Assembly: GCA_973895155.1 (NCBI GenBank)
Contig: OZ316893.1
Coordinates: forward strand, 25,409,520 to 25,473,519
Length of the DNA: 64,000 nucleotides
DNA from: Marsupella aquatica
Taxonomy: Eukaryota > Plantae > Marchantiophyta
Reading direction: 5' to 3'
Shown here: one piece after another, positions 39,629 through 52,250 of the stretch
Position numbering within the stretch: the first letter of the stretch is position 1
Layout: each line of letters begins with the position of its first letter
Notes under the pieces: model-generated
The model's database searches: none
Told to the model about the DNA's origin: nothing
What the model saw: the letters and a program-made list of their open reading frames with translations, nothing else
Translations under genes and position numbers: made by a program

Positions 39629-42600
39629 TTAGGACACTGACCAGACCTCATATTTGATGGCCAAAAACTCAATAAAAAAACGTTCACTTTTGGTTGAGAT
39701 AATTGGTCTGTACAAGTGATATTCGAATTCTGGTGACTCTTTCGAGTTATATCGAGATGAGGAAAGCTGACATAGATGGTCTGAGAAAAGCTCGGGATAG
39801 GATCGCAACACTATAGTGTAACCACCCACTAACTTTTCTGTAGAGAGTTGCATGAAGGTCTGCCACGTCAAGAGAGATGGATGCACCTTTTCTCGTAGTC
39901 TGAGCTGAAAGATAAGCATCATCGTGTCTACACATTGGACCCGGGATGTTCCCAGGTGAAGACGAGGTTGAAGGCTATAAATCCACTGCGCAGCAATGTG
40001 TACAGACTCTGTGTACAGACTGTTTTAACAACTCCAATCCTTTCTTCAGCTACTTTGCTCTACCGATCCTCTACTCTGAACGGCCTACTTCAGAAGGTAT
40101 ATCCTGTCGGAGAGAGACCTTACTGCAATGCTACAGAGGGAGTATGTGAACAGGTGGTCCACAATCAGTTTCCCCCTGCAGCTCAGGTCTTCACTGTAGC
40201 TTGACTGTTGCTTTTCGCGCTCGTTGGGATCTTTGCATCGAGTCGCCATTGTTTGGAGGATTCCCCAGAATTTAATGTAGTATTTTCATGGAAATAGGAA
40301 CGCGTGATTATGGACGTGTCACTCGCTTCTCGAGGCACGTCGTTTATCCACTTTCCTTACAATAGTTGATCATATTTCCTCGAGAAGTCTTCCTTGAAAT
40401 TTCTATATTTTGAAAGCGAGCCTGGACAGACGCTTTCGTTGCTGTAGCTAACTTATGCCCTGGCGACCTACACTCACATGAGTTGCAGAGGTGCTTCCTA
40501 GGGAAATTCGTTTGTCAGAGCGGAAAAATGAAGGAAGTCCGAAGTCTTAAGTGTAATTGTTTTCAGGGTTTCGGAGTTGACGGTATGACCGTATGAGGTT
40601 CCACCGGACTCAAACAGGGCTTGGCATTTAGATATACGCACGATAGAACAGCCACGAAAATCAGCATTCTATTTCGAGTAGTGACCGTCCAGGAAGAAGT
40701 TTAGAGTATTATCATGGACACTTCGGAGAGACAGAATTCTTTCACTGCTTACGGAGGCATCAAACGAGTTTAACCAAAGATTCATGTCAGGTAACTAAAA
40801 TCACTGGTCATCCAGTAGACGAATAGCAGTTTGGACAATTACACTCGATCAGATCCTCCCTCCATTTCTTTCTTCAAGAAATCTGGGTCGTTCAGTATGT
40901 TCATTTCTGATTTTGACTTCCAGGCGGATGATCAAGCTTTGGTCTAGTCGGGAGCGCTACAGTATCTCTCTTTCGTATTTGACAGCAGAAGTATGGAGAC
41001 TAGTTTTCTCACTTCACTTTCCTTTCAGTGAGGTTAAGCCTGTGCCAACATTCCCATTTCTCACAGTGATTATGCATGTAGCTACTAATTTACAGATATA
41101 GCCTATAGGCCCCAAGACTCCAAAAGTGAGAGCAACCCAGGCGAAGATCCCAAGTTGGGTATCTGTCACGAAGCTAATTTCGGACTGAGACTTGGTAAAT
41201 CAAATGTGAACGAATGACTGGAGTAATGTACGAGGAAACTTTTGGGCCGTTACCTGGCCAATGTACAAAGATTACCCCAAGTCGATGATTGCAATGCAGA
41301 CTAGAAAGTAAGCAAACAGGGCACTTACTAGAAAGAGGGTCGAAGTCTCTCCGATTGAAATATGGGTACAGAAGAGAGAGAAATCTTGTCTGGAGACAGA
41401 AAGGAAGCGATTGGTGCTTTTGTTTTCCCCCTTTCTGCTTTTTCTTGGACAGACGGCCGAAAAGAGAGGCTGCGTGCTAACTGCCTCAGACCCCAGATGA
41501 CGGATAAAGCGCAGCAATCGCCTGACCGGCCTGACGCAGATCAACAAAAGCTGCCGAAGCTCGAGTTAGGGCGGCCTTTGAAGACTAGGGGGCACTGGCG
41601 ACTTTTTTTCACCAAACCACCGAATTGGAGAGGTACAGTTTTGTTCTAAAGATAGACTCCCTACCAAAAATATTTTGAAATGTACTTCAATAAATGGAAA
41701 TCTATTGAACTTCAATAAATGCATTTACTTGGCCACCGCTTGCCACGTAGGGTAGTTTTACCTAAATGGGCCCTCAGGCCTCAGCCCTCTGCGGCTCTGC
41801 CCCTCTAGTTCTTGTACAGCCACCTATAATGGTTTCCACTCATGACGTAGTGGGCATAAAAACCAGAGAATGGAGAACCCTAAACCGGATGCACTCGCCC
41901 CTACGAAAATTTAAATAGTGCATGGACAATTAATGTCTTCACCGAATACAAATCTCTCTTTTGCATGAAGTATGAGTGCTGGACGGGTTGCAAGTATGGG
42001 GATTCTTCATCCCTAGCCACAAGGAATAGCTACACAGAGCAACTGAGGCTATGGAAGGTTGAATCTTGCATGGGTATTGGTCAACCTACACAAACGTTTA
42101 GGAAGGAAATCAGATACCTTTACTCTTAGGATTATTCTTGGCAAAGATCATTTTCTCTGACAAATCAGTGGTGCAGGTGCAAAGATTAACGAAATACCTC
42201 AAACTGAGAGCAATTTCCATTCTCAGTAGGATCTCTAATGTCCATGCTACCATATTTTTTGGATCCCATACAACTCCTGACTTCCGCATTACCCGTCCAT
42301 ATCCGATACCTCGTTTCCAGCGAACAAACAAATGCACTTGGAAGCAATCTTTCGATGATCACTTATGTTCGCAAAGGTCGAGAGAGGTTCCTCGGACAGG
42401 GAAGGTAATCCATATTCAAACCACCAACTCGTACATTGAACAGACTTCCACATATTTTCGGTAAATCAAAGGTAGATTCTATGAAGGATGCACTGTCAGG
42501 CAACAATTGTAATTAGTCGAGAAACATTAAAAACTAAGTGTCTCCCACCCTTCAGTTATTATTTCAGTAACTAATAATAGCTTTTTATGACTATCTTCAA

Positions 42601-44327
42601 ACAACTCTAATCATAGGCACAGAACCTTCTTGCCATCCAGTCACCCTTACCATACGTAACAACGACACAATACCACCATCACAACACTAAACGGGCATCT
42701 TGTATCAGCCATTGCCAATCCGATAAAATGTGACGCTAAAATTCAAAACTGCTTGCAAGAGGCCAACCTAGGTCAATCCCTCTTCTGCCCCTACGGGAAA
42801 ACATGGCTGACAAGGGCCAGATATTCCTTTCCGTACACTTCAGAGCCCATTCAATTGAATAAACCGTGCCACCTGTTTAAAGTGAGGAAGCATCATTCAA
42901 TCCTTGATTCAACATTTGCAGACAAAAAGCAGTTTTCACAGTTACGAGCCTGTTAGCTCATTTACTTCCATGGCAAAAACGACTCATGGAGACTTTTGAC
43001 ATGAATCTATCGCAATGTTAAACATTTGGTTCCGATAAAAGAGGGGGTTGAACAAATTCTATCTCAAGGTCTACTGCTGGAAAGCATTGCCATGACCTGC
43101 ACCGTCCAAGACAGGTCCAATACCAACGAACAAAATACATCGAACGAGTGAGGCGACCCAAGATGGACTCGGCTTACAACCAATGATTAGCAACGTATTA
43201 GGTGTCTTTCTGTTTGGTCTCATCCTCAAAAAGTCTGGAAACGTGAACGATACAAATGACCAGAAAGGTGTTGGACGACGAGACCAAACAAGAAGACAGC
43301 TTCAACCCATTCTTTATTACAAACTCTTGGCAGTGTTTGGCTGAGCAATTAGTGCCAGTTCAATAACATCGGCTCAAGTGTATATCAAAAGGCTTGCACG
43401 TCCTGCCAGATCTGGAGCTCATGCTGCTCCTGCCCAAGTCGTTCCTAAGCTCTCTTGTCGACGACAATATAGTCTCGCAAAAGTCAACAATCTGGGAATG
43501 GAACAACACGACAGTCAAGGAAGAATATTTGAGATCGTGAAAAACACCTACAAACTACAAATCCAGAGCCCTTTATGTAAGTCGGTAAACTCTTGTCTTC
43601 ATATATCGAAAAGCCTAGCACCTACAGAAATCATGCTTACGAATTGCGGAATAATGAACAGAAAACCCAACGACGAACAAATGACCTCAACCTCTATAAT
43701 CAGAGCAAGTGGTAGATTATGAATCAAGCAATGAAGAGCCCTGACTACTGTCTTATCAGAAAGCAAAACAAACGAGAACCGTCTATCACAAGTTCTAACA
43801 AAATAGACGCGTTTCTTCAACCCCGAGAACCTCGAGAAACCTAACATGAATATTGCAAAAGTATGCGACGGGCGCTGCCACTGTAAAGAGAAACATACAT
43901 CAACTCTTCAAGCCGATCATTTGAAGTACGAAGAGAGTAACTTTCAACGGACATCGATCTTTATCTGGGACTTGCTGCATGGAGAATTACTGGGCCTGTA
44001 AGGGAAGGATTCTGCAAAAATTACACCACAATTAAAATTCAACTACTTCAACGTTCAACTACACAGTACTGCTCTTCCAAATGAAACCAAGACCCCTCAT
44101 GCGTAACAAAATAATGATAATTGCATGAGTACTATTTTAACGAAAGCACTCCGAATCCCACAGAAGGCGTTATACCTCCACGATGTGGAAGAGACTAAGG
44201 TGGTGCAGAAGTTTAAAATGTACATCAACAGATCAGAAAATATTGCTCCTTCAAGGAAGAAGAGTGCATTTAATAGCACAGACAACTAGCTGGGAGTAAA
44301 CACCTGAGAGAGAGAACGACTGAATTA

Positions 44328-45234
44328 TTATTTGGAGGGATTTTGTTGAGAACGCTCGGCCTGCCGACGTTCACGAGGACGAAATTCACGAATTTTTCGC
44401 GGAGGCATGAGGTAGGGTTCCAGCGGCTTGTCAGTAAAAGGATGGATTTCATCGGGGAATATCCTCAGTTTTCTGGCACGATCCTGCACGGAACAGATTT
44501 TCAGAGAAGGCATCATGTCAAGACACAACGTCTTCGAAGAAACTAGCCGGCAAAGTTCAAAGAATAAGCCGACAAATATAAGAAACCTACATCTTGCAGC
44601 TTATTTCGGGGCAGCATCCGAAGTACAGCCTTCCGGATAACATCCTCCGGCTTCCTGGCCATTTGTTCTTTAACAGTCCTCTCCTTCAAATGGCCGATGT
44701 AGCTGGAAAATGGCAGAGTACTCTGGTGGTTAGATCAACAGAAACCCCAAGTTATTAGACCTAAAAAGCGAATTTCACAATGCACAATGCACAACGACGG
44801 AAATGGAAGCTCAGGACGTAGTAAACGGCTGAGTTCGAGAAATCTATGGAGATACATTACCCTGTATGCCATCGGTACACTTTGTCCGTGAGTTTCTTCC
44901 CAGTGAGACCGATGTCTCGAGCATTGAGTACGATGCAGACATCGCCATCATCTCGATTAGGGGCATAGGTCGGCTTATCTTTTCCCTGCAGCACCACGGC
45001 TATACGCGATGCCAATCTCCCCAGCACCTGCTCCATCAATCCAGCCAGCGACCCAGCTCATTGATCCACGAAAATGAGCACAGCGAACAGTACAGAATTC
45101 CTATTCCAGTCTGCAGGCCAAACGAGAGGAGCATACAGAAAGTGGAGAACAGAAACAGACGCACTGACCTCGCCCTTGGCATCGAAGACGCGCCATCGCA
45201 AGCCTTCCGTAGCCTTCCTCCAGCGTAACGACAT
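44328..45234 (-). CDS. RPL13: Mitochondrial-type 50S ribosomal protein uL13, 166 aa; exons 45234-45169, 45027-44861, 44702-44591, 44483-44328
   Basis: Spliced product [166 protein letters not shown]. All introns are GT-AG and in phase. Confidence 0.95.
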
Positions 45235-45398
45235 GGTGAAATTGTATGAAGAACACTGGGTCTGAGAATCGAATCAAGCTATGTGTATGTGTGAGAATTG
45301 CGAACACGGGAACACCAAAGGAAAGGAAAGGAAAGGAAAGGAAAGGTTTGGTTTAGGCGAAGCGCATTCTTCTTTCTTCTTCCCTCTTCTCAGCAATC

Positions 45399-45648
45399 TG
45401 TGAGTACTGTACAGATTGAATTGCTCCAGAGTTTGGCACCTACAGTTGGGTGCCAAATTGCCAAATTGTGAGTACTGTACAGATTGAATTACTCCAGAGT
45501 TTGGCACATATAGTTGGGTGCCAAATTGACACTGCTGAATTGCTCCAGAGTTTGGCACATATAGTTGGGTGCCAAATTGCCAAATTGACACTGCTGAATT
45601 GCTCCAGAGTTTGGCACCTATACATTTGGGTGCCAAATTGACACTGCT
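45399..45648. repeat. Four-copy 53-69-bp tandem array, each copy containing a palindrome, directly upstream of RPL13
   Basis: Unit TGAATTGCTCCAGAGTTTGGCAC(C/A)TA..GTTGGGTGCCAAATTG. TTTGGCAC / GTGCCAAA forms an 8-9-bp stem in every copy. Confidence 0.9.
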
Positions 45649-45749
45649 ATATGGCCAATCCACTTTTAGATGTTTTATCTTACTAAGAATTTTAGTCATG
45701 TGTTTCTACTTTAATGCGCCTCAACAAGGTGCACCATTTGTGTAATTTA

Positions 45750-45966
45750 GACTTTGGATTACTTTGGCACCACTCTAAGTGTTTTTTTATCTTCCTATGC
45801 TAGAGCTCTCATTCCCCACTACATTTAGTTTTCAATATAGTGCATTGACCCCCTTGGATAACTTTGGCACCCCTCTAAGGGTTTAGGGTTTTTTATCACC
45901 CAAAACCCTAAAGCTCTCATTCCCCACTACATTTAGTTTTCCATATATACTTGTGCATTCACCCCC
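45750..45966. repeat. About 105-bp tandem duplication; the second copy carries inverted telo-box motifs
   Basis: ACTTTGGCACC.CTCTAAG...AGCTCTCATTCCCCACTACATTTAGTTTT occurs twice. TAGGGTTTT (45884) and AAAACCCTAA (45902) match the telo-box found in plant ribosomal-protein promoters. Confidence 0.65.
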
Positions 45967-48900
45967 TTTAACAGATTGTATGGCATTTCTGGCAATTCTA
46001 GTGAATGAGAGAGAGAATTGGTATGAAACTGCTATAATGGTGAATCCATCTTTTAGATTGTCTTATTCATATTTTGTGTTCAATATTTGAATTTTAATGT
46101 GCCTTAACAAGGTGAATCATTTGTATTAATTTGATTTTGAATTAAATTTTAGACCCCTTTTAATTTTAGTGAATTTAGAGTATTTTGAATATATTTGGCT
46201 CCCCTCCTAAATGTTTAATTTTTCCTTTTCAATCACTCCTTAGCTTTTTTCTCATGAGAGTGAGACAAATGAATTTGAACAATGTGCACATCTTGTGTAT
46301 TAAGTTCCCCTTCATGGCCGGTTTCCTTTGCAAAATTTATGGTTTTAATTGAGTTGATTGTCCCTACCTAGAAGCAAGTGCAAATCTGCACTGTATGTGC
46401 ACAACTCTTTAGTACCTTTGTACTTTCTTGGTCATAATGTGTTTTTTTGGCATGTGAAAGGTGTCACTCAATCTTTGATGTCACTTACTCTTAATTAACA
46501 GATATTAATTTATTGGCAAGTTTACATGTATCTATTTCTTTTATCATAAAATAAGTCAAATGAATTATATATCACTACAAGACAAAAATAGAGGCATGTT
46601 CCAAGATGAACATGCTATATTTGGTACTTTGAGGTGTGGACTCCTCTCGTTTTATTTGTTGATCTTATGGTTTATTTGTCATTACCTAAGGCAAGGGAGT
46701 ATCTTTTGTACCTTAAATTTTTGATTGAAATGAGTGTCATTAAAGCAGGTGAGAATCTGTACCTGATGTACACTATTTTTCAAGACTTGTGCACTTGTAC
46801 TTTTCCTGGTCATTATGTAATATGTACTTTTATTTGACATGTATTATATATTTCCCATTCAATCCTATCAAACACTATGCAATAGTCATTTACACATCAC
46901 TACAAGACAAAAAATGAAGCATGTTCCAGGATGAACATTTTATTTTAGGCTTTGAATTTCGCTTCTATACATCAATTACACTAAAAAAATTAACAACTTT
47001 TAAGTACTTTTGTTCCTTTGTGGTTGTGGGGACTCCTTGGCTTGTTGGACCTCTTTGGTCTTATGGGGACCTTTCCCCTTCCTTTTCCCTCCCTTTACTG
47101 GGTTGCTTTGTCTTTGGTACCCTGTATCGTGGGTTGGAGTTTGTGTCCTTTTGCACTATGATATACATACTTGGCCACTAAAGATGTCCCAACAAACAAT
47201 ATTGCCACTGATTCATTTGTATTTACAAATGTGTCATGGTTTGTTATGTGGATGACAAGTTCACCAACATGGTAAACCATATATGAAGGGTGACTATGAC
47301 TATACTAAAAAGAATGGCATATTTGTAAATACAACAAAAAGAGTGAAACTATTGTAAATTGCAACATTCTTAGTGAAATGTAGTTTGAAGCTGGACAATG
47401 TAGTTAAAAGCTGAAAAAACAAAAGGCATTCACCTGGGAGGCACAAAATGCCCAATAGTCCCCTACGAGAGTCCCACAACATAAAACTAGAAGCAAAAGT
47501 ACTCCACTAGTGACAAACTGGAAAGCTGGCAAAGCTCAGAGGTGAACCGGATAGGCGAGTCACAAAGAGGAGTTTGACGAGAGGCCCTGGAACCAATAGC
47601 CTCCACCCAAGAGAGAATAGTGAAATGCCTAAATCAGCACTGTCTATAGTGCAACATATACTCCCTGGCTAAATTTGCCCTCTTCTTTTGTGTTTCAAGT
47701 TTGTTCTCCCCTACCTCTTTTGCTGTTACTCTAGTGTAATTTGGCCCTTGTAATTACATTGGTCCTCCTTTTTTCACTCCCGGCCCCTTTAGAGAGGATC
47801 GTACTCCAATAGGGGTATTTGGGTAAAATTTGGGGGGATTGTTAAAAGAAGCTGTATTTTTTTCATCAAAAATCAGCTGCAAAGGGCCCCTTTTCACCTT
47901 GCTTTGCAAAGACTAACATAGATTAAAGTGTTAAGTAATTAAGCCCTTGATTCCTCCAAAACAAATGTCAAAGAGCTTTGAGTTTTAGGGTTTCAATAGA
48001 TGGTCTATTGGCACTCATACAAACAGAAAAATATCAAACACTATTTGAGTTCAAAGCAGCATGTGAAAATGGTCCATCAGGGTTGCAGTGGTCTATCAGA
48101 GTTGTTTATCAAATGTTAATGGTCCATCTAGGCTTCTTTTCCAGCTCATTCCTTTGAACAAGATCACATGGATCTAATTTGACTAGGAAAAAAAAATTAA
48201 ATTGATTAGGACACCCATACATTGTAATACCTGATTTATAAACCCAATACTTATAGGTTCAACTGAACGCACCAGTCCCACGTTCAGCCCATGTATATCT
48301 CTCTGCACAACCCTCCTGTATGCAATGTATTATATAGCTTTACCAGCCTTTCATTCCCAAAACCAGTTTATCAAACCCCATTGAGCCATGTTAAAATAAA
48401 ACCCTGGAGCCCGACCAACCAGAAGTTGTCTCCACTATGCCAGGGGAGATAGGTGCCTATGAGGGTTGCCAATCCACCCTTGCCAAACACATACTATGGA
48501 CAACAATCATAGATCAACCCATTGCGAGACAACTGGATGGAGCCGACACAAACAGAATGACAGAAGACCATTACCAGTACATTGCACATTGTGTGGGGTG
48601 CAATTTGCCATTGACAAGTTGATTTGCCATTCAACTTGCTACTCACACATTTATTGAGTTGTGAATAGTGCAACTGGTGGAAATTTATCGAATAAAGTGC
48701 AATCATAATCTACTATAAGGGCATACAGTCCAAAGTAAAGCCTCTCCAACATGATTCATGATTCTTGGCATTGCTACGGTTGAGGGTGGAATGGAAACAG
48801 GCATGACGGTTCTCAATATCTATTAATGAGCAAAGCTAGGGCATTCAGGCTAGTGCTCTAATACTTCCCATATTCTGATCAAATGAAGGACTATGCAATC

Positions 48901-50149
48901 AATCATGCCCATAGTCCTTCATTTGTTTGTACCCTACCCTTGACTGCATAAACTGAGGCCCCAAGGTATGGGCTAGGGGGTCTCACTCCGCGAAAATCAC
49001 ACATCATGTGCGATGAAGTATAGGGTCCATTAATTGGATTTAAGAAAGACTTAAGAAGATTTGTGTAAGAACAATAGGGTCAACTTTATATGTTGGGCAA
49101 CTTTTAAGAACAATAGGGATATTAGTATTTTTGACTATGTAATGGAAGCTTGAATGGAAGGCATAGAAGGAACTTAGGGTATCTTTGTGCCGGATTAACC
49201 AAAAAACACATGTCACTATATTATTGGTACATGTGGCACCCTTAAAAATTCCCAACATATTTTGTCAAGCCATGTGTATGCTAGAGACATGTCAAGAATT
49301 TAGGGAATGGTTAAGTGGGTCTGGTTTGGTGGGTCTGGTTAATTTAGGGAATGGTTAAGTGAGTCCCCAAAAACCAGACTCAAGTTTGGGGACTCACTTA
49401 GGGTTTGACTTGGGTTCACAAGTTTGGAATTGTCCGGTTTCCTTGCCCATTTCATGTGTGCCATTTCCCTCCACTGCCTCGTATCAGTCTAGTCCCGTGT
49501 TGTTTCCACTGTCCCTTGGCCCCACCCACAGTCATTTATGCAAGCAAGTTTCATTTCTTTGTGAACGGGTAACAAAGAGGGAGTTGTTGTGCACTATTGA
49601 CCGCATCGACAGAGAGCGCTGGCAGTTGTGAGGGAACTTACTGGAGCTTGCGCACACCATCGATTCAGAGTTGTTGCAATCATGAGGGAGATGGAGCTAT
49701 TGTGCACTATCAATCAAGAGCTGTGGCAGTAAGTTGTTGCGTCCCAAAGTGAGTTGGTGTGTGAAACATTGAGCGATAGTCGTGAGGGAGCTACTGCAAA
49801 AGGAAGCTAGTTGTTGTGTTTGCCATTGTCTAGGGATCAAGCTGTTGAGTTGTTATATTCGACATTGAGCTGGGGAGCTGGGGATCCCTAGGTATCGTGC
49901 CCCCTTGTGGGCTATCCTATAGCAGTGCATACTCCAATGTAGAGTGTCTATCCTTTGTTGGATGGGTTTACTTTTGGCTTTCAAGGCAAAAACAAAACAA
50001 AAAAATCTACTTTGAATCCCGTGAGTTCATGGAGTGCTAAGGGCCGATTGGTTGAGAATTGCCCACATGCAAGTTGGCTCTAAGGTTCTAGTGAGCACCA
50101 CATCAAAAAGCCTTGCAAATCTCTTTAGAAGCACATGATTCAAGTACCT

Positions 50150-50718
50150 CGTAAAGCAAATCAATGTCATCATTACCGTCACCACTATGTAGGATGGGAT
50201 GGGACCGGATCTCAGGACCAGACCCTTGGGCACAGTCACTACTGAGTACTTTGGTCCAATTAAGGCACAATCCCTGTCGTTGTTGGCAGCAATGGGATGG
50301 GACCCAACCCCCTAACCAGATCCTCAGATTTTGAGGAATTGAGTCATGCTCACATTCAAGTACTTCAAGGTAACACATTCACTATCATCATTACTTACAG
50401 GATAATGATGGTCTGGACAGCGGGTTACTAGAATGTTACTAGGCTATCACCTTATGGCCAGAAAGTGAGAGAGTTGGCCAGCAGTAGCCATAAAGGCTTT
50501 TTGCGCATTTTGGGAGCAACTTTAGTTAGAACCCCCACCCCAAGCACTCTTTATTTACAGACATGGTATGAAACTGGGTATTAAATTACAGAAATAGCAA
50601 GGACTCATAAATGGTTACACATGGGTAACTTGTATTATATTACTGCATTTACTGTTGTCATTAAGGATGGGATTGGACCAAACCTTTGGACCAGACCCTT
50701 AGGTAGTGGAGGGAAATC
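50150..50718. repeat. Distal part of the ARA1-upstream tandem repeat family (left flank of the transposon)
   Basis: GGATGGGATGGGACC...CCAGACCCT, GAATTGAGTCA and ATTCAAGTAC motifs are shared with 57382-58330. Confidence 0.75.
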
Positions 50719-51347
50719 AATAGGGCATCTCAAACTTTATGAAACGCGGGCTTTTCCCCGGTCCGGAGTTTGCGCCCTAGGACGCAGACCAAAAATGTGC
50801 AGTAGACCAAGTTGGCTACCGCACTTTTGTGCCCGGGTGTTTTCAAAAAAGTGAGGCCGTGGATGTGGGTTAATGGTGGAGGGTTAAGGTTACCATGGGT
50901 TAATGGTAGTCAAGTTGCAGATTTGAAACACGATTGAGCACAAACATTTTGAACATCCAGGACGTTTGAAACCTTGGAAACGAGCTGCGATGGTGATGGC
51001 GGTGTGCTAGTCGTGTGATAGAGCTCTATCCTTGTGAAGTCTTGTGAGCTTATTGCCGCTGTCTAGGAGTTGTCTAGTAAGCATCGACAACATCACCTGC
51101 AGCATCGATCAACCCTCTCCAACTCATGAGGTGGAGGGCGAGTACTTCATCTATGCTCTACACTTGGAGAGCAAGTGTTGGAGTATGAGCAACATTCGCC
51201 AGACTAACGTCATTGCCACAAGTATCTACGGTGACTCCTTGTGCTCAACTTTAACATCCGAATCGCTTTTTCCTGTTGTCGATCGCCTTAGCCTATCCTT
51301 TTGGGGTATATAAATTTGTGTGAATGCTTGTTCTAATTGCTCAGGCC

Positions 51348-51967
51348 ATGGCTGAATGGACCCCTCTTTCAGACGTTGAGGGAGGACAGAGCTACTGGGA
51401 AAGCAAAAAATACTCACCCTCCCTAGTCTGGGCAGCAAATTTTGTGGCAAGGAATCCATATCCTCGAAAGTTTGTGTATTTTGCCTATCAGTACCCACTT
51501 GACATTGGATGACCATGTCACAAATCCCTTGAATTTGGACCTCGTTGTGGGCATACTAAACCAGGCCAGGCAAAGTTTAGATTCCAGATTGTTTTTTTCA
51601 ATGCTGCACACGGACCCTCCAAGCCCTTGAAGGCATTCATTTGGGACATTGCAAGCATTTTGTTGCAGTGCAGTGCCTTGGATTTTAGTTTGTTGTCAAA
51701 AATTGACCAAGTACATTCTATTCAGTCTATTTTGCATAAATGTCCCAAGCTGCAGGTTACATTTGAAGTAGGGGACTAGAATTGCATGTGAAACGATTAG
51801 TCTTTGTACATGACCCAATTGCAGTAGCCCTATTTATACAATACCTTCAAAGGACAGAGACAGAGCTAGAAAACTCAACGCCTTACACTCTTGTTAAGCC
51901 GACCTCTGCCAAAAAGATTTTGGCAGACCTCATTGAGCAACTCAAGGGGTCCGATCTAGAAGACTGA
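51348..51967 (+). pseudogene. Degenerate accessory ORF A inside the transposon, unknown function
   Basis: ATG at 51348 MAEWTPLSDVEGGQSYWESKKYSPSLVWAANF..., an overlapping frame ...LTLDDHVTNPLNLDLVVGILNQARQSLDSRLFFSML..., and a terminal frame ...HDPIAVALFIQYLQRTETELENSTPYTLVKPTSAKKILADLIEQLKGSDLED*. An AT-rich 3' region follows. No family recognised. Confidence 0.45.
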
Positions 51968-52250
51968 AATACGTACACTATTTTCTACTATATAGGTATT
52001 CCAAGTGAATATGGTTTTGCCTATGGGTTTAGGTTTTTTATATGTAGCTTGCCACCCACTTTTGTTTCCACTAATGTACTGTGTTATTTTTTAAGAAATA
52101 TAAAATGTGCTATCTCGGAAGTTTTTTCATGTTTTTACATTCAATGGTGTGGCTCCTATGAGTGCTTGTGTTCATTGGGTCTGAATTATAGTGGAATATG
52201 ATTTGTATTTCTTAGGCAACAAGTGGGTCAATCTGTCATGCAGGTTCACC

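Noticed and set aside
42168-42188. miR530/miR1030-complementary site GGTGCAGGTGCAAA
   Set aside because: There is no pairing to the miRNA 5' end and no hairpin.
45399-45648. CRISPR-like appearance (palindromic repeat recurring at regular intervals)
   Set aside because: The intervening sequences are themselves repeated rather than unique spacers, there are no cas genes, and the context is a eukaryotic promoter.
45274-45699. 141-aa ORF
   Set aside because: It is a translation of the tandem array, with no domain recognised.
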